A DNA stretch of 64,000 nt, from positions 238,655 to 302,654 of the forward strand of contig JAQBNH010000003.1 of NCBI GenBank assembly GCA_028288705.1. Reading direction: 5' to 3'. The stretch is from Ferruginibacter sp. GTDB taxonomy: Bacteria > Bacteroidota > Bacteroidia > Chitinophagales > Chitinophagaceae. Below are positions 10,495 to 20,283 of this stretch, piece after piece. The position numbers and the translations under genes were made by a program. Below the pieces are notes generated by a model. It had not been told where the DNA came from, made no database searches, and saw only the letters and a list, made by a program, of their open reading frames with translations. Within the stretch, counting starts at the first letter, position 1; each line of letters starts with the position of its first letter.

Positions 10495-11525
10495 TTTTGT
10501 AATGGATTCCAACGTTTGCCAAAAACCCAATTCGGGTTGATGTCTGATGCATGGATGTTATTTTCTGCTGTTGACAGGTTATCCGCGAACCATGTATAAT
10601 CTCCGCCAACTTTATGGCAATTGAAATAGTATATGCGCTTTCCCCAATTGATCGTATTAGAAGTCGCAACAAGGTAGATCGGTTTGTCTGCCATGTTTGC
10701 CGCGAAATGGCAATTGACCAGGAAAAATTGTGCATCGCGATGATAGCGGCCGAGTTTAAAGCCATCGTATCCTTCGAATGAACAATTCATTAAAACCGTT
10801 TTAGAATCTTTGTATTGGGAACCATCATGCCAGATGGCGGCATCGCCAGTGTGCGCAATGAACCTACAATTTTCGGCGTATGCCCATCCCCTCGGACAAT
10901 AAAAATCCACACCACCTTCCATGATACAATCTTTAAAGTAAAACATGCCATTTTCCGTGTTCCATGGGCTTACTGTATCTCCTGCAAAAGCCGTAAAATG
11001 GCAATTGATCGCTTTCAATCTGGTCGCATGCATCGTGCGAAGTGCCATCTGGTGGCCGTTTGGCTTAATTGTTTTCAACTTTGAAGCACTGCTGTCGGAA
11101 GGACAATAAATCATACGATCCATTTTTGCGTCAAAGCCGTAACTATTAATGATACTTAAATTTTTAAAAGTAATGTCATCGCTGTTTACATTGATTGTTG
11201 CTACACCCCAATCTTCTGCGTGTTCGCAACGCCATTCGTCGCGGGCGATTGCCTGCGTGATGATTGTCTTTTCGCGGTCTTCACCCTCGAGGATGATGTT
11301 GTGTTTTTCGAGATAAATCTTTTCCCTGTAAATGCCCTTTTTTATAAAAATATGCCTCGGCTGCCAACCTGTATCCGGCAAACTGTTCAGGGCGCCCTGG
11401 ATCGATCTGTAGTCACCCTTGCCGTCAGCAGAAACAATAATCATTTTCTGTTTAAGCTGCGCCATACTTTTTGATGATGCCAGGCTCCCAGTTAATAGCA
11501 TTAATATGATAATGAAGTTTTTCAT
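10491..11525 (-). CDS. Pectinesterase-family (CE8) protein with divergent motifs
   Basis: Signal peptide; VSADGKGDYRSIQGAL, GIYRE, QMALR, GDTV, DFYCP, LGRYH. Confidence 0.8.
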   Translation of the reverse strand: MKNFIIILMLLTGSLASSKSMAQLKQKMIIVSADGKGDYRSIQGALNSLPDTGWQPRHIFIKKGIYREKIYLEKHNIILEGEDREKTIITQAIARDEWRCEHAEDWGVATINVNSDDITFKNLSIINSYGFDAKMDRMIYCPSDSSASKLKTIKPNGHQMALRTMHATRLKAINCHFTAFAGDTVSPWNTENGMFYFKDCIMEGGVDFYCPRGWAYAENCRFIAHTGDAAIWHDGSQYKDSKTVLMNCSFEGYDGFKLGRYHRDAQFFLVNCHFAANMADKPIYLVATSNTINWGKRIYYFNCHKVGGDYTWFADNLSTAENNIHASDINPNWVFGKRWNPLQK

Positions 11526-13426
11526 TTCCTCGTTTGTTTAATCAGCCATTGCACCAGATCTTCTGCGGCTTTGTAATTTTCCAACACAGCGGGTAGTTTC
11601 CTGCCATCAAGATATTCGTTGTACAACCATGGATCGCCAACAGCGAATACGGTTCCCTTGCCAACTTTTGATACCGCAATAATCACATCCCCATTGTCCG
11701 TCAGGACTGATTTGGCTGGGGGTTGCAGCGAAAGGGTGCAAATTTCTTTCAGGTAGATCGTTGTTGCTGTTTTAAAAATAGGATCATTTTTAGCCAGGTG
11801 AAATGTACCGGTGGCAAATTCATTTCCTTTCACCATGTTGCGATAGTTCTCATTAAAGTTGATGCCGAATTTGTTTGCCAGTTGGTTATAATGTTTAAAC
11901 TCCACGTTGTTGCTGTCATTAGCGAAGAGCATTAAAACTCCTCCTGCTTTCACCCAATCATAAATCGTTTGGATATGTTCCGGCAAAATATAGTTAGGGG
12001 TTTTATTTTCTTTTGGCCAGTCCGGATCGATGATAAAATAAATATCTGCTGCTTTCAATTTTTCGCTCGTAACGGCCTCGGTTAAACGTTTCGTTTGAAC
12101 GCCATACCGGTTAAAAATGTTACCGAGCATAGAATAACCGCCGTTGTCCATTTGCTCCCAGATATAATGATGCTGCACCATTGTTCCGGTGATGTCCTTC
12201 ATTGTTTCATGGTTAAAATAATAATCCAGCAGGATTGTTTTGTTCTTCCCTACAGCCTGGCTTCGTGACAAGTCCATTTCTGCTGCAGCCTGGATGAAAG
12301 CCCCCATACCTTTCGGATCGTTCACGATAACAGGTTCTCCAAGGTAATATGCGACTGACCCGTCGCGGAACGGCTTCCCACCGAGACCCGAGACTTTTAC
12401 AGTTCCATGCAAATCAACCTGGCCATTAGTTGTTTTGATAAAGTTTTTTACCAGCCCCCTATAACCTTTATTAGCGATCTCTACCGAGGAAGCAGGCAGT
12501 AATTTCAGGCGTGCTCCTTTAGCAGCCGCATAAACGAACATGCTGCTGGCAGAGGCTTCTGTATAATTTCCTTTAACGGCAGGTTTATCCAAAATATCAA
12601 ACCAGAGCCCTGATTTTTTGTCCTGGTATGTTGCAACAGCCTTCATCGTGCGGTTTAAAATATCCACAAGTGCCTGTCTTTTTGGATGAGTTGGAGGAAA
12701 ATTTTCCAACACATCTACAAGTGCCATGGCATACCAGCCCATCGCCCTTGCCCAGAAGTTTGGGGACGTCCCGGTCCTCTTATCCGCCCAGGCCATCTCA
12801 CGGGTTGCATCCCAGCCATGGTATAATAATCCTGTTTTAGGATCACGGGCATGCTGCTCCATCCAGATAAACTGGTTCGCGATATCCGTGAAACTGCTGT
12901 CGCCTTCATGTGCCAGCATCGCATATTCTGTGTAGAAGGGTTCGCCCATATACAAACCATCCAGCCACATCTGATTGGGGTAAACTTTCTTATGCCAAAA
13001 TCCACCTTCTGCTGTTCGTGGCTGATTCTTTAGCTGATCACGTAAACGCGTGGCCGCTTTCCAATATTTCTCTTTCCCTGTTACGCGATAGAGAAATAAT
13101 AACGCACGCCCGTTTTTTACATTATCAATATTAAAATCAGAAGCCTTGTAAGATTTGATATCGCCATTTTCATCCACATAAAAATCCATGCTGTTGCGGA
13201 TATAATCGAAAAATACCGGATCTGCTGTTTGCTTCCAGATCGCCGCGATTCCTTCAAGGATAACACCCTGGTCGTATGTCCATTTCGCAGGTTTGTCGTC
13301 CAGACCGAAAGAATCCTTCCAGGTCTTCATTGCGGTAGCTGCTACTTCGCGGCCGGGGTATTTAAGCTGCGCAGAAGCTGCAATACAAATCAGCAAACAA
13401 CATATGGTGGTGAATTTTCTGATCAC
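11522..13426 (-). CDS. GH105 unsaturated (rhamno)galacturonyl hydrolase fused to a C-terminal DUF4350-like domain
   Basis: WTYDQG, GGFWHKKVYPNQMWLDGLYMG, GLLYHGWD, FWARAMGWY, YTEASAS; extra ~250-aa C-terminal domain. Confidence 0.88.
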   Translation of the reverse strand: MIRKFTTICCLLICIAASAQLKYPGREVAATAMKTWKDSFGLDDKPAKWTYDQGVILEGIAAIWKQTADPVFFDYIRNSMDFYVDENGDIKSYKASDFNIDNVKNGRALLFLYRVTGKEKYWKAATRLRDQLKNQPRTAEGGFWHKKVYPNQMWLDGLYMGEPFYTEYAMLAHEGDSSFTDIANQFIWMEQHARDPKTGLLYHGWDATREMAWADKRTGTSPNFWARAMGWYAMALVDVLENFPPTHPKRQALVDILNRTMKAVATYQDKKSGLWFDILDKPAVKGNYTEASASSMFVYAAAKGARLKLLPASSVEIANKGYRGLVKNFIKTTNGQVDLHGTVKVSGLGGKPFRDGSVAYYLGEPVIVNDPKGMGAFIQAAAEMDLSRSQAVGKNKTILLDYYFNHETMKDITGTMVQHHYIWEQMDNGGYSMLGNIFNRYGVQTKRLTEAVTSEKLKAADIYFIIDPDWPKENKTPNYILPEHIQTIYDWVKAGGVLMLFANDSNNVEFKHYNQLANKFGINFNENYRNMVKGNEFATGTFHLAKNDPIFKTATTIYLKEICTLSLQPPAKSVLTDNGDVIIAVSKVGKGTVFAVGDPWLYNEYLDGRKLPAVLENYKAAEDLVQWLIKQTRK

Positions 13427-13431
13427 TTTTT

Positions 13432-15066
13432 TTATTGAATGATGATAGAATTTTGTGTGGCGCCAAATTCAACCGCTGAATTCGATGCCGTAATTTGAGG
13501 ACTTTTTACCCATTTAATTCCGGTAGTTCTTTCCCCTGAAAGGCGTATCAGCATCGCGGGATCACGTACAACTTTAAAGTTGGTGAATGTTAATGCGCTG
13601 CTGTTGAGAATTTCAATAACGGGTTCAGCTGGTGTATTGAGCGTGACGTTTGAAAACACAATATTCTTTGCCTCACTGCAGTCGATACCTTTTTTAGCTG
13701 TGATGGTAACGTTTTCCAGGCTGATGTCGTGAATATTCATCTCAGGCAAACCACGAATAAATATGGCTTTCTCAGCCCCGGAACAAGTCACGTTTTTAAT
13801 GAACATATTTTTAAACTGCGGTGTTTCCTCTGTCACCGGTTTAAATTCTACTTTTGGCGCCTCGCGCTTCTCGCCTTGCAAAGGCACAGGATCTTTTGCC
13901 GCATAATACATGTCGAACAGAATCGCTTCACCAGCAATGTCTTTCATGAACACGTTATTCACGTAAATATCTTCTACCACACCACCACGGCCTCTTGTCG
14001 TTTTAAAACGCAGGCCGATATCTGTGCCGATGAATGTACAGTTGTCCACAAAAATATTTTTAGCGCCCCCGCTCATTTCGCTGCCAATGACAAAGCCGCC
14101 GTGTGCGTGATACACCGTACAGTTGCGAATGATCACGTCAGTCGTTGGCATTGCGCGTTTGCGCCCTTCCGCATCACGACCGCTTTTAATACAGATGCCG
14201 TCATCTCCCACATCAAAAACACTCTGCTCAATCAATACATTCCTGCAACTTTCTACATCAATACCGTCGCCATTTTGTGCGTACCATGGATTTTTTACCT
14301 GGATGTTTCTGACAGTGATATTTGATGACATCAATGGATGGAGACACCATGCCGCAGAATTTTGGAAAGTAACACCTTCCAATAAGATGCGATCGCACTT
14401 GGTTAGCACCAATAAATTCGGGCGAAGAAAATCTTTGATCTCCTGGTAATCGGCAACCGTTTTTCCATTCATCAGCACACCTGCCTTTTCCATCTGGTAA
14501 CCTTTTTGTGCGGATAATGACGGGTACCAGGTTTTTTTATCTTCTCCTACAACCCCCGTGCTGATTAACTTTTTCCATTGTGATTCGGTCAGTTTGTCTT
14601 TTTTCACAGAGCGCCAGGCATCACCATTTCCATCAATAATACCTGAACCAGTAATCGCAATATTGCTGGCATTGGTTGCGGAAATCGGCGATTGATTTCT
14701 TGCCGCGGGCAATCCCTCCCAGTTGGTGGACACAATCTTGTACTGCGTGAAATCAGTGCTGAATTGCAGTACCGCATTTTGTTTCAAGTGCAGATTTACA
14801 TTAGATTTCAACTCGATCGGCCCGGTCAGCCACAGTCCTTGCGGAATTACCACAATGCCACCGCCTTTTTTACTACAGGCGTCAATTGCGGCATTGATAC
14901 TGGTTGTGTTCAAAAAAATGCCATCAGCTTTTGCGCCGTATTGCATAATATTAAAACTGTCTTTCTTAAATTTTGTTGATTGTATCAGCGGTAATTTGCC
15001 TTGTTGCGCAAATGCCGAAAACAGCGACACCATGGACATTACAAACAGGAGTAGATTTTTTTTCAT
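13432..15066 (-). CDS. GH28 polygalacturonase
   Basis: NGDGID, GDDGICIKSG, HGGFVIGSE, GLRFKT; signal peptide from MKKNLL. Confidence 0.9.
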   Translation of the reverse strand: MKKNLLLFVMSMVSLFSAFAQQGKLPLIQSTKFKKDSFNIMQYGAKADGIFLNTTSINAAIDACSKKGGGIVVIPQGLWLTGPIELKSNVNLHLKQNAVLQFSTDFTQYKIVSTNWEGLPAARNQSPISATNASNIAITGSGIIDGNGDAWRSVKKDKLTESQWKKLISTGVVGEDKKTWYPSLSAQKGYQMEKAGVLMNGKTVADYQEIKDFLRPNLLVLTKCDRILLEGVTFQNSAAWCLHPLMSSNITVRNIQVKNPWYAQNGDGIDVESCRNVLIEQSVFDVGDDGICIKSGRDAEGRKRAMPTTDVIIRNCTVYHAHGGFVIGSEMSGGAKNIFVDNCTFIGTDIGLRFKTTRGRGGVVEDIYVNNVFMKDIAGEAILFDMYYAAKDPVPLQGEKREAPKVEFKPVTEETPQFKNMFIKNVTCSGAEKAIFIRGLPEMNIHDISLENVTITAKKGIDCSEAKNIVFSNVTLNTPAEPVIEILNSSALTFTNFKVVRDPAMLIRLSGERTTGIKWVKSPQITASNSAVEFGATQNSIIIQ

Positions 15067-15144
15067 ATAACTAAGCGAGGCCTTATGCAACCTTTACAAT
15101 TTTAATGTTAATAGCCAATAGTTAACTATGTATTGCGGAGTTTA

Positions 15145-15173
15145 TTTACGCAATCGTTATCGGGAACGTGCCC
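15145..15173. promoter_or_regulatory. Tandem LacI-type operator upstream of GH28
   Basis: GCAATCGTTATC-GGGAACGTGCCC; 15153-15169 is the exact reverse complement of 29969-29985. Confidence 0.7.
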
Positions 15174-15179
15174 AAAAGC

Positions 15180-15608
15180 TCAGGAAGGATGAACGGCCTG
15201 CCGGGCAGCTAGTTTCCATTGACCGTTTTCTTTGACCCATACCTGCAAAACTGATAATTTTACCGTGCCTGGTTTACCATTATCGTTTGTGGTTGCCTCC
15301 AGATCATGCCTGAGAATCGCTGTCTTTTTATACACTTGGATTTGCTGATGGCTGATATTTATCTGAACAAAATCCGATTTACCACTAACCAGCTTATCGA
15401 TAAATTCCTGTTTATGATCGATATGGCCTCCCGAATGTCCGTAACTCAGGGAGTCTGTTATCAGCAGCGAAAGCTTATTCGCATCCGGATCGATCATCGC
15501 AAGCCGAAAAGCTTCTGCGGCGCGCGCAACTTTATCCATTTCTTTTTGCTGAGCGGAAACAAGAGTAACAAAAATCACGAATAAAAAAGAGAGGCTATAT
15601 TTTTTCAT
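15180..15608 (-). CDS. Secreted NTF2-like (DUF4440) protein
   Basis: Signal peptide; LSYGHSGG..K.EFI, LQVWVKENGQWKLAARQA, typical of DUF4440. Confidence 0.75.
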   Translation of the reverse strand: MKKYSLSFLFVIFVTLVSAQQKEMDKVARAAEAFRLAMIDPDANKLSLLITDSLSYGHSGGHIDHKQEFIDKLVSGKSDFVQINISHQQIQVYKKTAILRHDLEATTNDNGKPGTVKLSVLQVWVKENGQWKLAARQAVHPS

Positions 15609-15611
15609 ATG

Positions 15612-17243
15612 CTAATTTTTAATAAATCTTATCCAGTCGATATTGATAAAGCCCGCATCATTACTACGTGTTGCGGTCGTGCAAAGAAATCCCAATTTTG
15701 CTCCTACCCATTTTCCGGGCCTCGCAGTGAACTCCGGAGAAACTTCCATGAAATTAATCCCGTCTTCGCTAAACGAGAATTTACATATCGCTCCAGTATC
15801 TACATTCATCCTAAACCAAACAGTTGTGCTTTGCAGCTTTTTAACGAGGGTTTCGCGGGGATTAGTATTTTTCTCGGCGTTTACACATTGCTGGTAGCTG
15901 ATAAAAGTGCCTGAATCTGTCTTCACAGCCGAGATAAGGGCATAGTCGAGGCCAAACATGATCAGCCCTGCACGATCACCAGGTTTCAGGAATTTACATT
16001 CCATCCTGGTTGTAGCTGTGAATTTTTCCGCCGGTAGTTTTTGCAGCAGCAGATTTGGTATTGGCCAGTAGTTTTTCATTGAGTCTTCTGCCGCGAGGCA
16101 AAACATTCGGAGATAACCTTCACTCGTACGAAATGCCCAGCCATATTGGGGATTCGCCTGCCATTGCCATTGAAGGCCAACTGACGATTCATTGAATTCG
16201 TCTGATACGGGTATTGCCGAAATTTTCGAAGCTACCTTTGTACCGGGCTTTTTATAACGCAATACCGGCTCCCCTTTGCTGTCATTTTTCATCGGTGAGC
16301 CGATAATTGGCCAATCATTTTTCCATATCATCGGTTGCAGGTGTACGATCCTGCCGTAGGCATCTTTATCCTGGAAATGTAAAAACCAATCTTCTCCATT
16401 TACGGTGTTAACCCAAGCCCCCTGATGCGGCCCGTTCACGGATGTATTACCCTGCACCATGACGACCTGTCTTTCGTAAGGTCCATAAATATTGCGTGAG
16501 CGTAGTACGAGTTGCCAGCCGGTTGACACACCTCCAGCAGGAGCAAAAATGTAATAATAATTATTGCGCTTGTAAATCTTCGGGCCCTCAATTGTTGGAT
16601 CCACCTGATGCCCGTCGTAAACCATCCGTTTCTCTCCGATCAGGCTATCACCTGAAGGCGTCATTTCCTGCATGGCAATTATGCTTTTAAACCCGGCACG
16701 GCTTCCTGCAAACGCATGAACGAGGTAGGCCTTGCCGTTAGTATCCCATAAAGGACATGGATCAATCAGGCCTTTGCCTGCCTGGATCAACAGGGGCGCT
16801 GACCATGGGCCGCGAATATCTTTTGCTTTCGTTAAAAAAATGCCCTGGTCAGGATCGGGAAAATAGATATAAAATTCATCGTTATGAAAACGGATCGATG
16901 GCGCCCATACACCTTTTCCATGTTGCACTTTTTCAAAAATAGCTGCTGGAGTTTGCCGGGGTAAAGCATAGGCGATCAAAGACCAGTTCACCAAATCTGA
17001 AGAATGTAAAATGGGCAAACCAGGGATCGCGTTAAAACTGGAAGCGACCATATAAAAATCATTTCCAACACGTATGGCGTCAGGATCGCTGTAATCAAGA
17101 TGTAAAACGGGGTTCGTAAAACTGCCGTCGCCATTATCGGCCGACCATACTTTTGGATCGTCCTGTGCGAACGTCTCCATGATGATCAGAAGAAAAATTC
17201 CTGACAACAAGATAGACGATGTGAAGAAACGTTTGCAGTTCAT
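15612..17243 (-). CDS. GH43 glycosidase (arabinofuranosidase/xylosidase) with C-terminal beta-sandwich
   Basis: NPVLHLDYSDPD, WAPSIR, IDPCP, IEGPK, PHQGA; TAATG overlap with CE8. Confidence 0.88.
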   Translation of the reverse strand: MNCKRFFTSSILLSGIFLLIIMETFAQDDPKVWSADNGDGSFTNPVLHLDYSDPDAIRVGNDFYMVASSFNAIPGLPILHSSDLVNWSLIAYALPRQTPAAIFEKVQHGKGVWAPSIRFHNDEFYIYFPDPDQGIFLTKAKDIRGPWSAPLLIQAGKGLIDPCPLWDTNGKAYLVHAFAGSRAGFKSIIAMQEMTPSGDSLIGEKRMVYDGHQVDPTIEGPKIYKRNNYYYIFAPAGGVSTGWQLVLRSRNIYGPYERQVVMVQGNTSVNGPHQGAWVNTVNGEDWFLHFQDKDAYGRIVHLQPMIWKNDWPIIGSPMKNDSKGEPVLRYKKPGTKVASKISAIPVSDEFNESSVGLQWQWQANPQYGWAFRTSEGYLRMFCLAAEDSMKNYWPIPNLLLQKLPAEKFTATTRMECKFLKPGDRAGLIMFGLDYALISAVKTDSGTFISYQQCVNAEKNTNPRETLVKKLQSTTVWFRMNVDTGAICKFSFSEDGINFMEVSPEFTARPGKWVGAKLGFLCTTATRSNDAGFINIDWIRFIKN

Positions 17244-18286
17244 TAAGGATGAAGATTGGTTTTAAGCGGCCAGGTAAATGGCTGCATGCTAAGATTTTTA
17301 TACCAGTTTGCATCAACAGGTGCCACATCGACGCACCGAGCGAAAATATTTTCTAACGTATACAATTTTACCTGCTTAGCCGATAATTGTATTGACCAGG
17401 CTGCCCTGCCGCTGGTGAGAGCACCCGGCCCCTCATTGTTATATTCGCCGTAAAAAACAGTTTTCTCATTTTCAGGATTGTCCCAGTTGTGCCATCCAGC
17501 AGAAGCAATTTTCTCCGGAAGGTAACTATTGATAAAAACTGTTTTAGCAAAAGCACGCCATGGCCGTCCAAGAAAGACTTTTGAAACGGCAGAATCAACT
17601 TCGACACGGCAATGCAAAAACACGAACCCAAAGCTTTTACCTGCGGTGGTATTAGCAGCCGTGATATAAGAATTAGCCTTACAACGAATGATGCAATCCT
17701 GGAATACCGTTGTAGCAGCACCAAAAATAAAATCAGTCGTACCCTCAATATAACAGTGATCAAATAACTGGCGCGCATTTTCGCCGGATGCAAAGATCGT
17801 ATCCTGGTTACCAAGAAAACGACAGTTTTTAAAAACGGCTTTATCAGCATCAACATAGAGGGCCAATGCTTGCCCGACAGGTCCGGCTGTATTTGAAAAC
17901 GTAATATTCTCTGCCACGAAGCGATTTCCGGAAATCTTTGCCGTGTAAGAATTGAACGTATTTATTTTACCGCGACCTGAATAATCGTTAAAACTGATAA
18001 TCGTTTTGTCTGCACTCTCGCCAATGAAATGGACGTCGGTATTATCGGCAGGCAATTCAATTTTTTCGGTGTATACACCGTTCTTTATAAATAACCTTAT
18101 CGGGCTTAACGGGTAAACACGCATCGCATTTATCGCATCCTGGATAAACGTAAAATCACCGCTGCCATCTTTTGCTACGGTAAATATGTATTTATATTTC
18201 TGTGGATTTGAAGTTTGAGCGACGCTGTTCGCAAACCAGAACAAACCGATCAGCAGAAAACTCCGTCTGGTGATAAATTTTATCAT
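17243..18286 (-). CDS. Pectin methylesterase (CE8), canonical
   Basis: VAKDGSGDF, GVYTE, QALAL, QDTIF, DFIFG, LGRPW. Confidence 0.9.
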   Translation of the reverse strand: MIKFITRRSFLLIGLFWFANSVAQTSNPQKYKYIFTVAKDGSGDFTFIQDAINAMRVYPLSPIRLFIKNGVYTEKIELPADNTDVHFIGESADKTIISFNDYSGRGKINTFNSYTAKISGNRFVAENITFSNTAGPVGQALALYVDADKAVFKNCRFLGNQDTIFASGENARQLFDHCYIEGTTDFIFGAATTVFQDCIIRCKANSYITAANTTAGKSFGFVFLHCRVEVDSAVSKVFLGRPWRAFAKTVFINSYLPEKIASAGWHNWDNPENEKTVFYGEYNNEGPGALTSGRAAWSIQLSAKQVKLYTLENIFARCVDVAPVDANWYKNLSMQPFTWPLKTNLHP

Positions 18287-19311
18287 GGGAATATTTTTTT
18301 AAGAAAGGCATCGATAAAATTTACGGTTGGCTCGAACCATGGATTGAACAAGCAAAAGGAATGCGGTGAATTTTCGAACCGATGAACTTCGGAGTATATA
18401 TGATGCGCATTTAGCGTATCAATGAATTGATCGCGACCTGCATGCATCCTGTCAACAGAACTATTGATAAACAGCACCGGTGGAGTTCCGCCGTTCACGT
18501 GGGTTAAAGGCGAAGCCTGTTCCCATAAAGAAAAGTTTTCTTTTTTCGAATATCCGAACCAGAGCGTTGCCGCAGACGGCTTTTTGCTATCGTCACCTTC
18601 TCCCGATTCAGGGTGAACGAACGACAATGTTCCGTCGATATCTACGATGGCATTAACTGCAGATGACCTATTTTCACTGCAATGTTGTCCTTCAAACAGC
18701 GGCATATTTCCTGTTGTACCAAGCAAAGCAGCTAATTGCCCGCCGGCTGAAAAGCCCAGTGTTACCAGCTTCGACGTGTCAATACCGTAGCGTTTGCTTT
18801 CGGAACGAACATACCGGATCATCGCTTTCAAATCATACACAGCCGCAGGAAACAAGGCTTCTGTTGATAAGCGGTATTCCGGTGTAAAACAAACGTAGCC
18901 AAGGCTGGCCAGTTTTTGTGCAAGTGCGTGGTGTTGCGTGCGATTGCCAGAACGCCATCCGCCACCATGAATAATAATAATCGCAGTCCTTCCTGCCTGC
19001 TTTTTTTTTGGTTGAAAAATATCCGTCGATAATGCCCGTTTCCCCTGCCTGCAATACACCACATCGTAGTTCTCCGAAATGTCCGGAAACTTTTGCAGGG
19101 GAACAATGGTCGTTTCCGGATTTGTTTTTTTTGATTTCTGAAAAGCACTGTAGTTGCTGAAAGAGCTATCGCGGATATTTGTAATTCCTGCTGTCATCTG
19201 GCCAAACGATGTCTGATTAATCAGCATCATTGCGCAACAATAAATCATGCACCTGGAACACCAGGAACCGTCTATGTATTTTAGGTTTATATGTCGCGGA
19301 AATATTATCAT
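18283..19311 (-). CDS. Alpha/beta-hydrolase carbohydrate esterase
   Basis: HGGGW, GFSAGG nucleophile elbow, C-terminal HSF; the true start may be downstream (~19248). Confidence 0.8.
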   Translation of the reverse strand: MIIFPRHINLKYIDGSWCSRCMIYCCAMMLINQTSFGQMTAGITNIRDSSFSNYSAFQKSKKTNPETTIVPLQKFPDISENYDVVYCRQGKRALSTDIFQPKKKQAGRTAIIIIHGGGWRSGNRTQHHALAQKLASLGYVCFTPEYRLSTEALFPAAVYDLKAMIRYVRSESKRYGIDTSKLVTLGFSAGGQLAALLGTTGNMPLFEGQHCSENRSSAVNAIVDIDGTLSFVHPESGEGDDSKKPSAATLWFGYSKKENFSLWEQASPLTHVNGGTPPVLFINSSVDRMHAGRDQFIDTLNAHHIYSEVHRFENSPHSFCLFNPWFEPTVNFIDAFLKKIFP

Positions 19312-19332
19312 ATACTATCAGGTCGTATTCGT

Positions 19333-20259
19333 TTATTTAAAAGGGATCGGAACGAGGAAATTCATTTCTTTCAGCCATTTTTCCAGTAACGCTGTCCACA
19401 GATCTGTAGAACCGGGGTTTTCATCCAGCCTTATCCCGTGCCCGCCTTGCGGAAAAATATGCAGGCTTGCATTTATATTATGTGCTATCAGGGCTTCATA
19501 AAAAAACAAACTATTCTTTACCGGAACTGTTTTATCATTGAAAGCGTGCACCATAAACGTAGGGGGCGTCATTTCCGTGACGCGGCGATCTGTCGAATAT
19601 TTTTCAACCATCGCGGCACTGGTATCTCCGGCAAGAAAATTCTTCCGGCTTCCGGGATGCGCAAATGCGCCCATGCTGATCACCGGCGAAAGTAAGACCA
19701 TAAAATCCGGTTTAAAATCAGACTGTGCAACAGAATCTTTCTGGCCGGTAATATCTGCCTCAGATGTGCCCAGTAAACTGGCTAAATGTCCGCCCGCCGA
19801 AGTTCCCATTACACCGACCTTATGCGGATCGATCTTCCAGGTTTCTGCCTTGCTGCGAATGAGTTGCATCGCTCGTTGTGCATCTTGTAATCCCGCTGTT
19901 TCGCGATGTTGGAGATCAACCTGATGCGGCAAACGATAAATAAGAACAAAGGCATTTACCCCGATACTGTTATACCATTTCGCCATGTTGAAGCCATTGT
20001 AAATATGGGAGATGCGTTCGTAACCACCACCCGGGCAAAGCAACACAGCAGTACGCGAATTCTCCGCCTGCGGCACCAGGAAAGAATAAACACCCGGCGT
20101 TTCCACTTTCCAGATCCGCTCATTTGCTAGGCTATCTTTAATCGACCTGCCATTGTTGTTGGGCTTTTTTCCTGCAGGCCACAGCGCGATGAAATCCTGC
20201 GCGCTTACCCCGGTGTACGCGACAAAAAGTAAGAGGGTGAATAATTGTTTTAACCGCAT
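19333..20259 (-). CDS. Alpha/beta-hydrolase esterase (acetylesterase-like)
   Basis: PGGGY, GTSAGGH, D...V, HIFPQGGHG; signal peptide. Confidence 0.8.
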   Translation of the reverse strand: MRLKQLFTLLLFVAYTGVSAQDFIALWPAGKKPNNNGRSIKDSLANERIWKVETPGVYSFLVPQAENSRTAVLLCPGGGYERISHIYNGFNMAKWYNSIGVNAFVLIYRLPHQVDLQHRETAGLQDAQRAMQLIRSKAETWKIDPHKVGVMGTSAGGHLASLLGTSEADITGQKDSVAQSDFKPDFMVLLSPVISMGAFAHPGSRKNFLAGDTSAAMVEKYSTDRRVTEMTPPTFMVHAFNDKTVPVKNSLFFYEALIAHNINASLHIFPQGGHGIRLDENPGSTDLWTALLEKWLKEMNFLVPIPFK

Positions 20260-20283
20260 AAATTTCGTTGACCTTACTTCAGG

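Noticed and set aside
13729-14325. 198-aa plus-strand ORF, plus many other 60-200-aa ORFs in the track that overlap real genes
   Set aside because: They lie antisense to or out of frame within well-supported genes (here GH28) and show no recognisable motifs; treated as shadow ORFs
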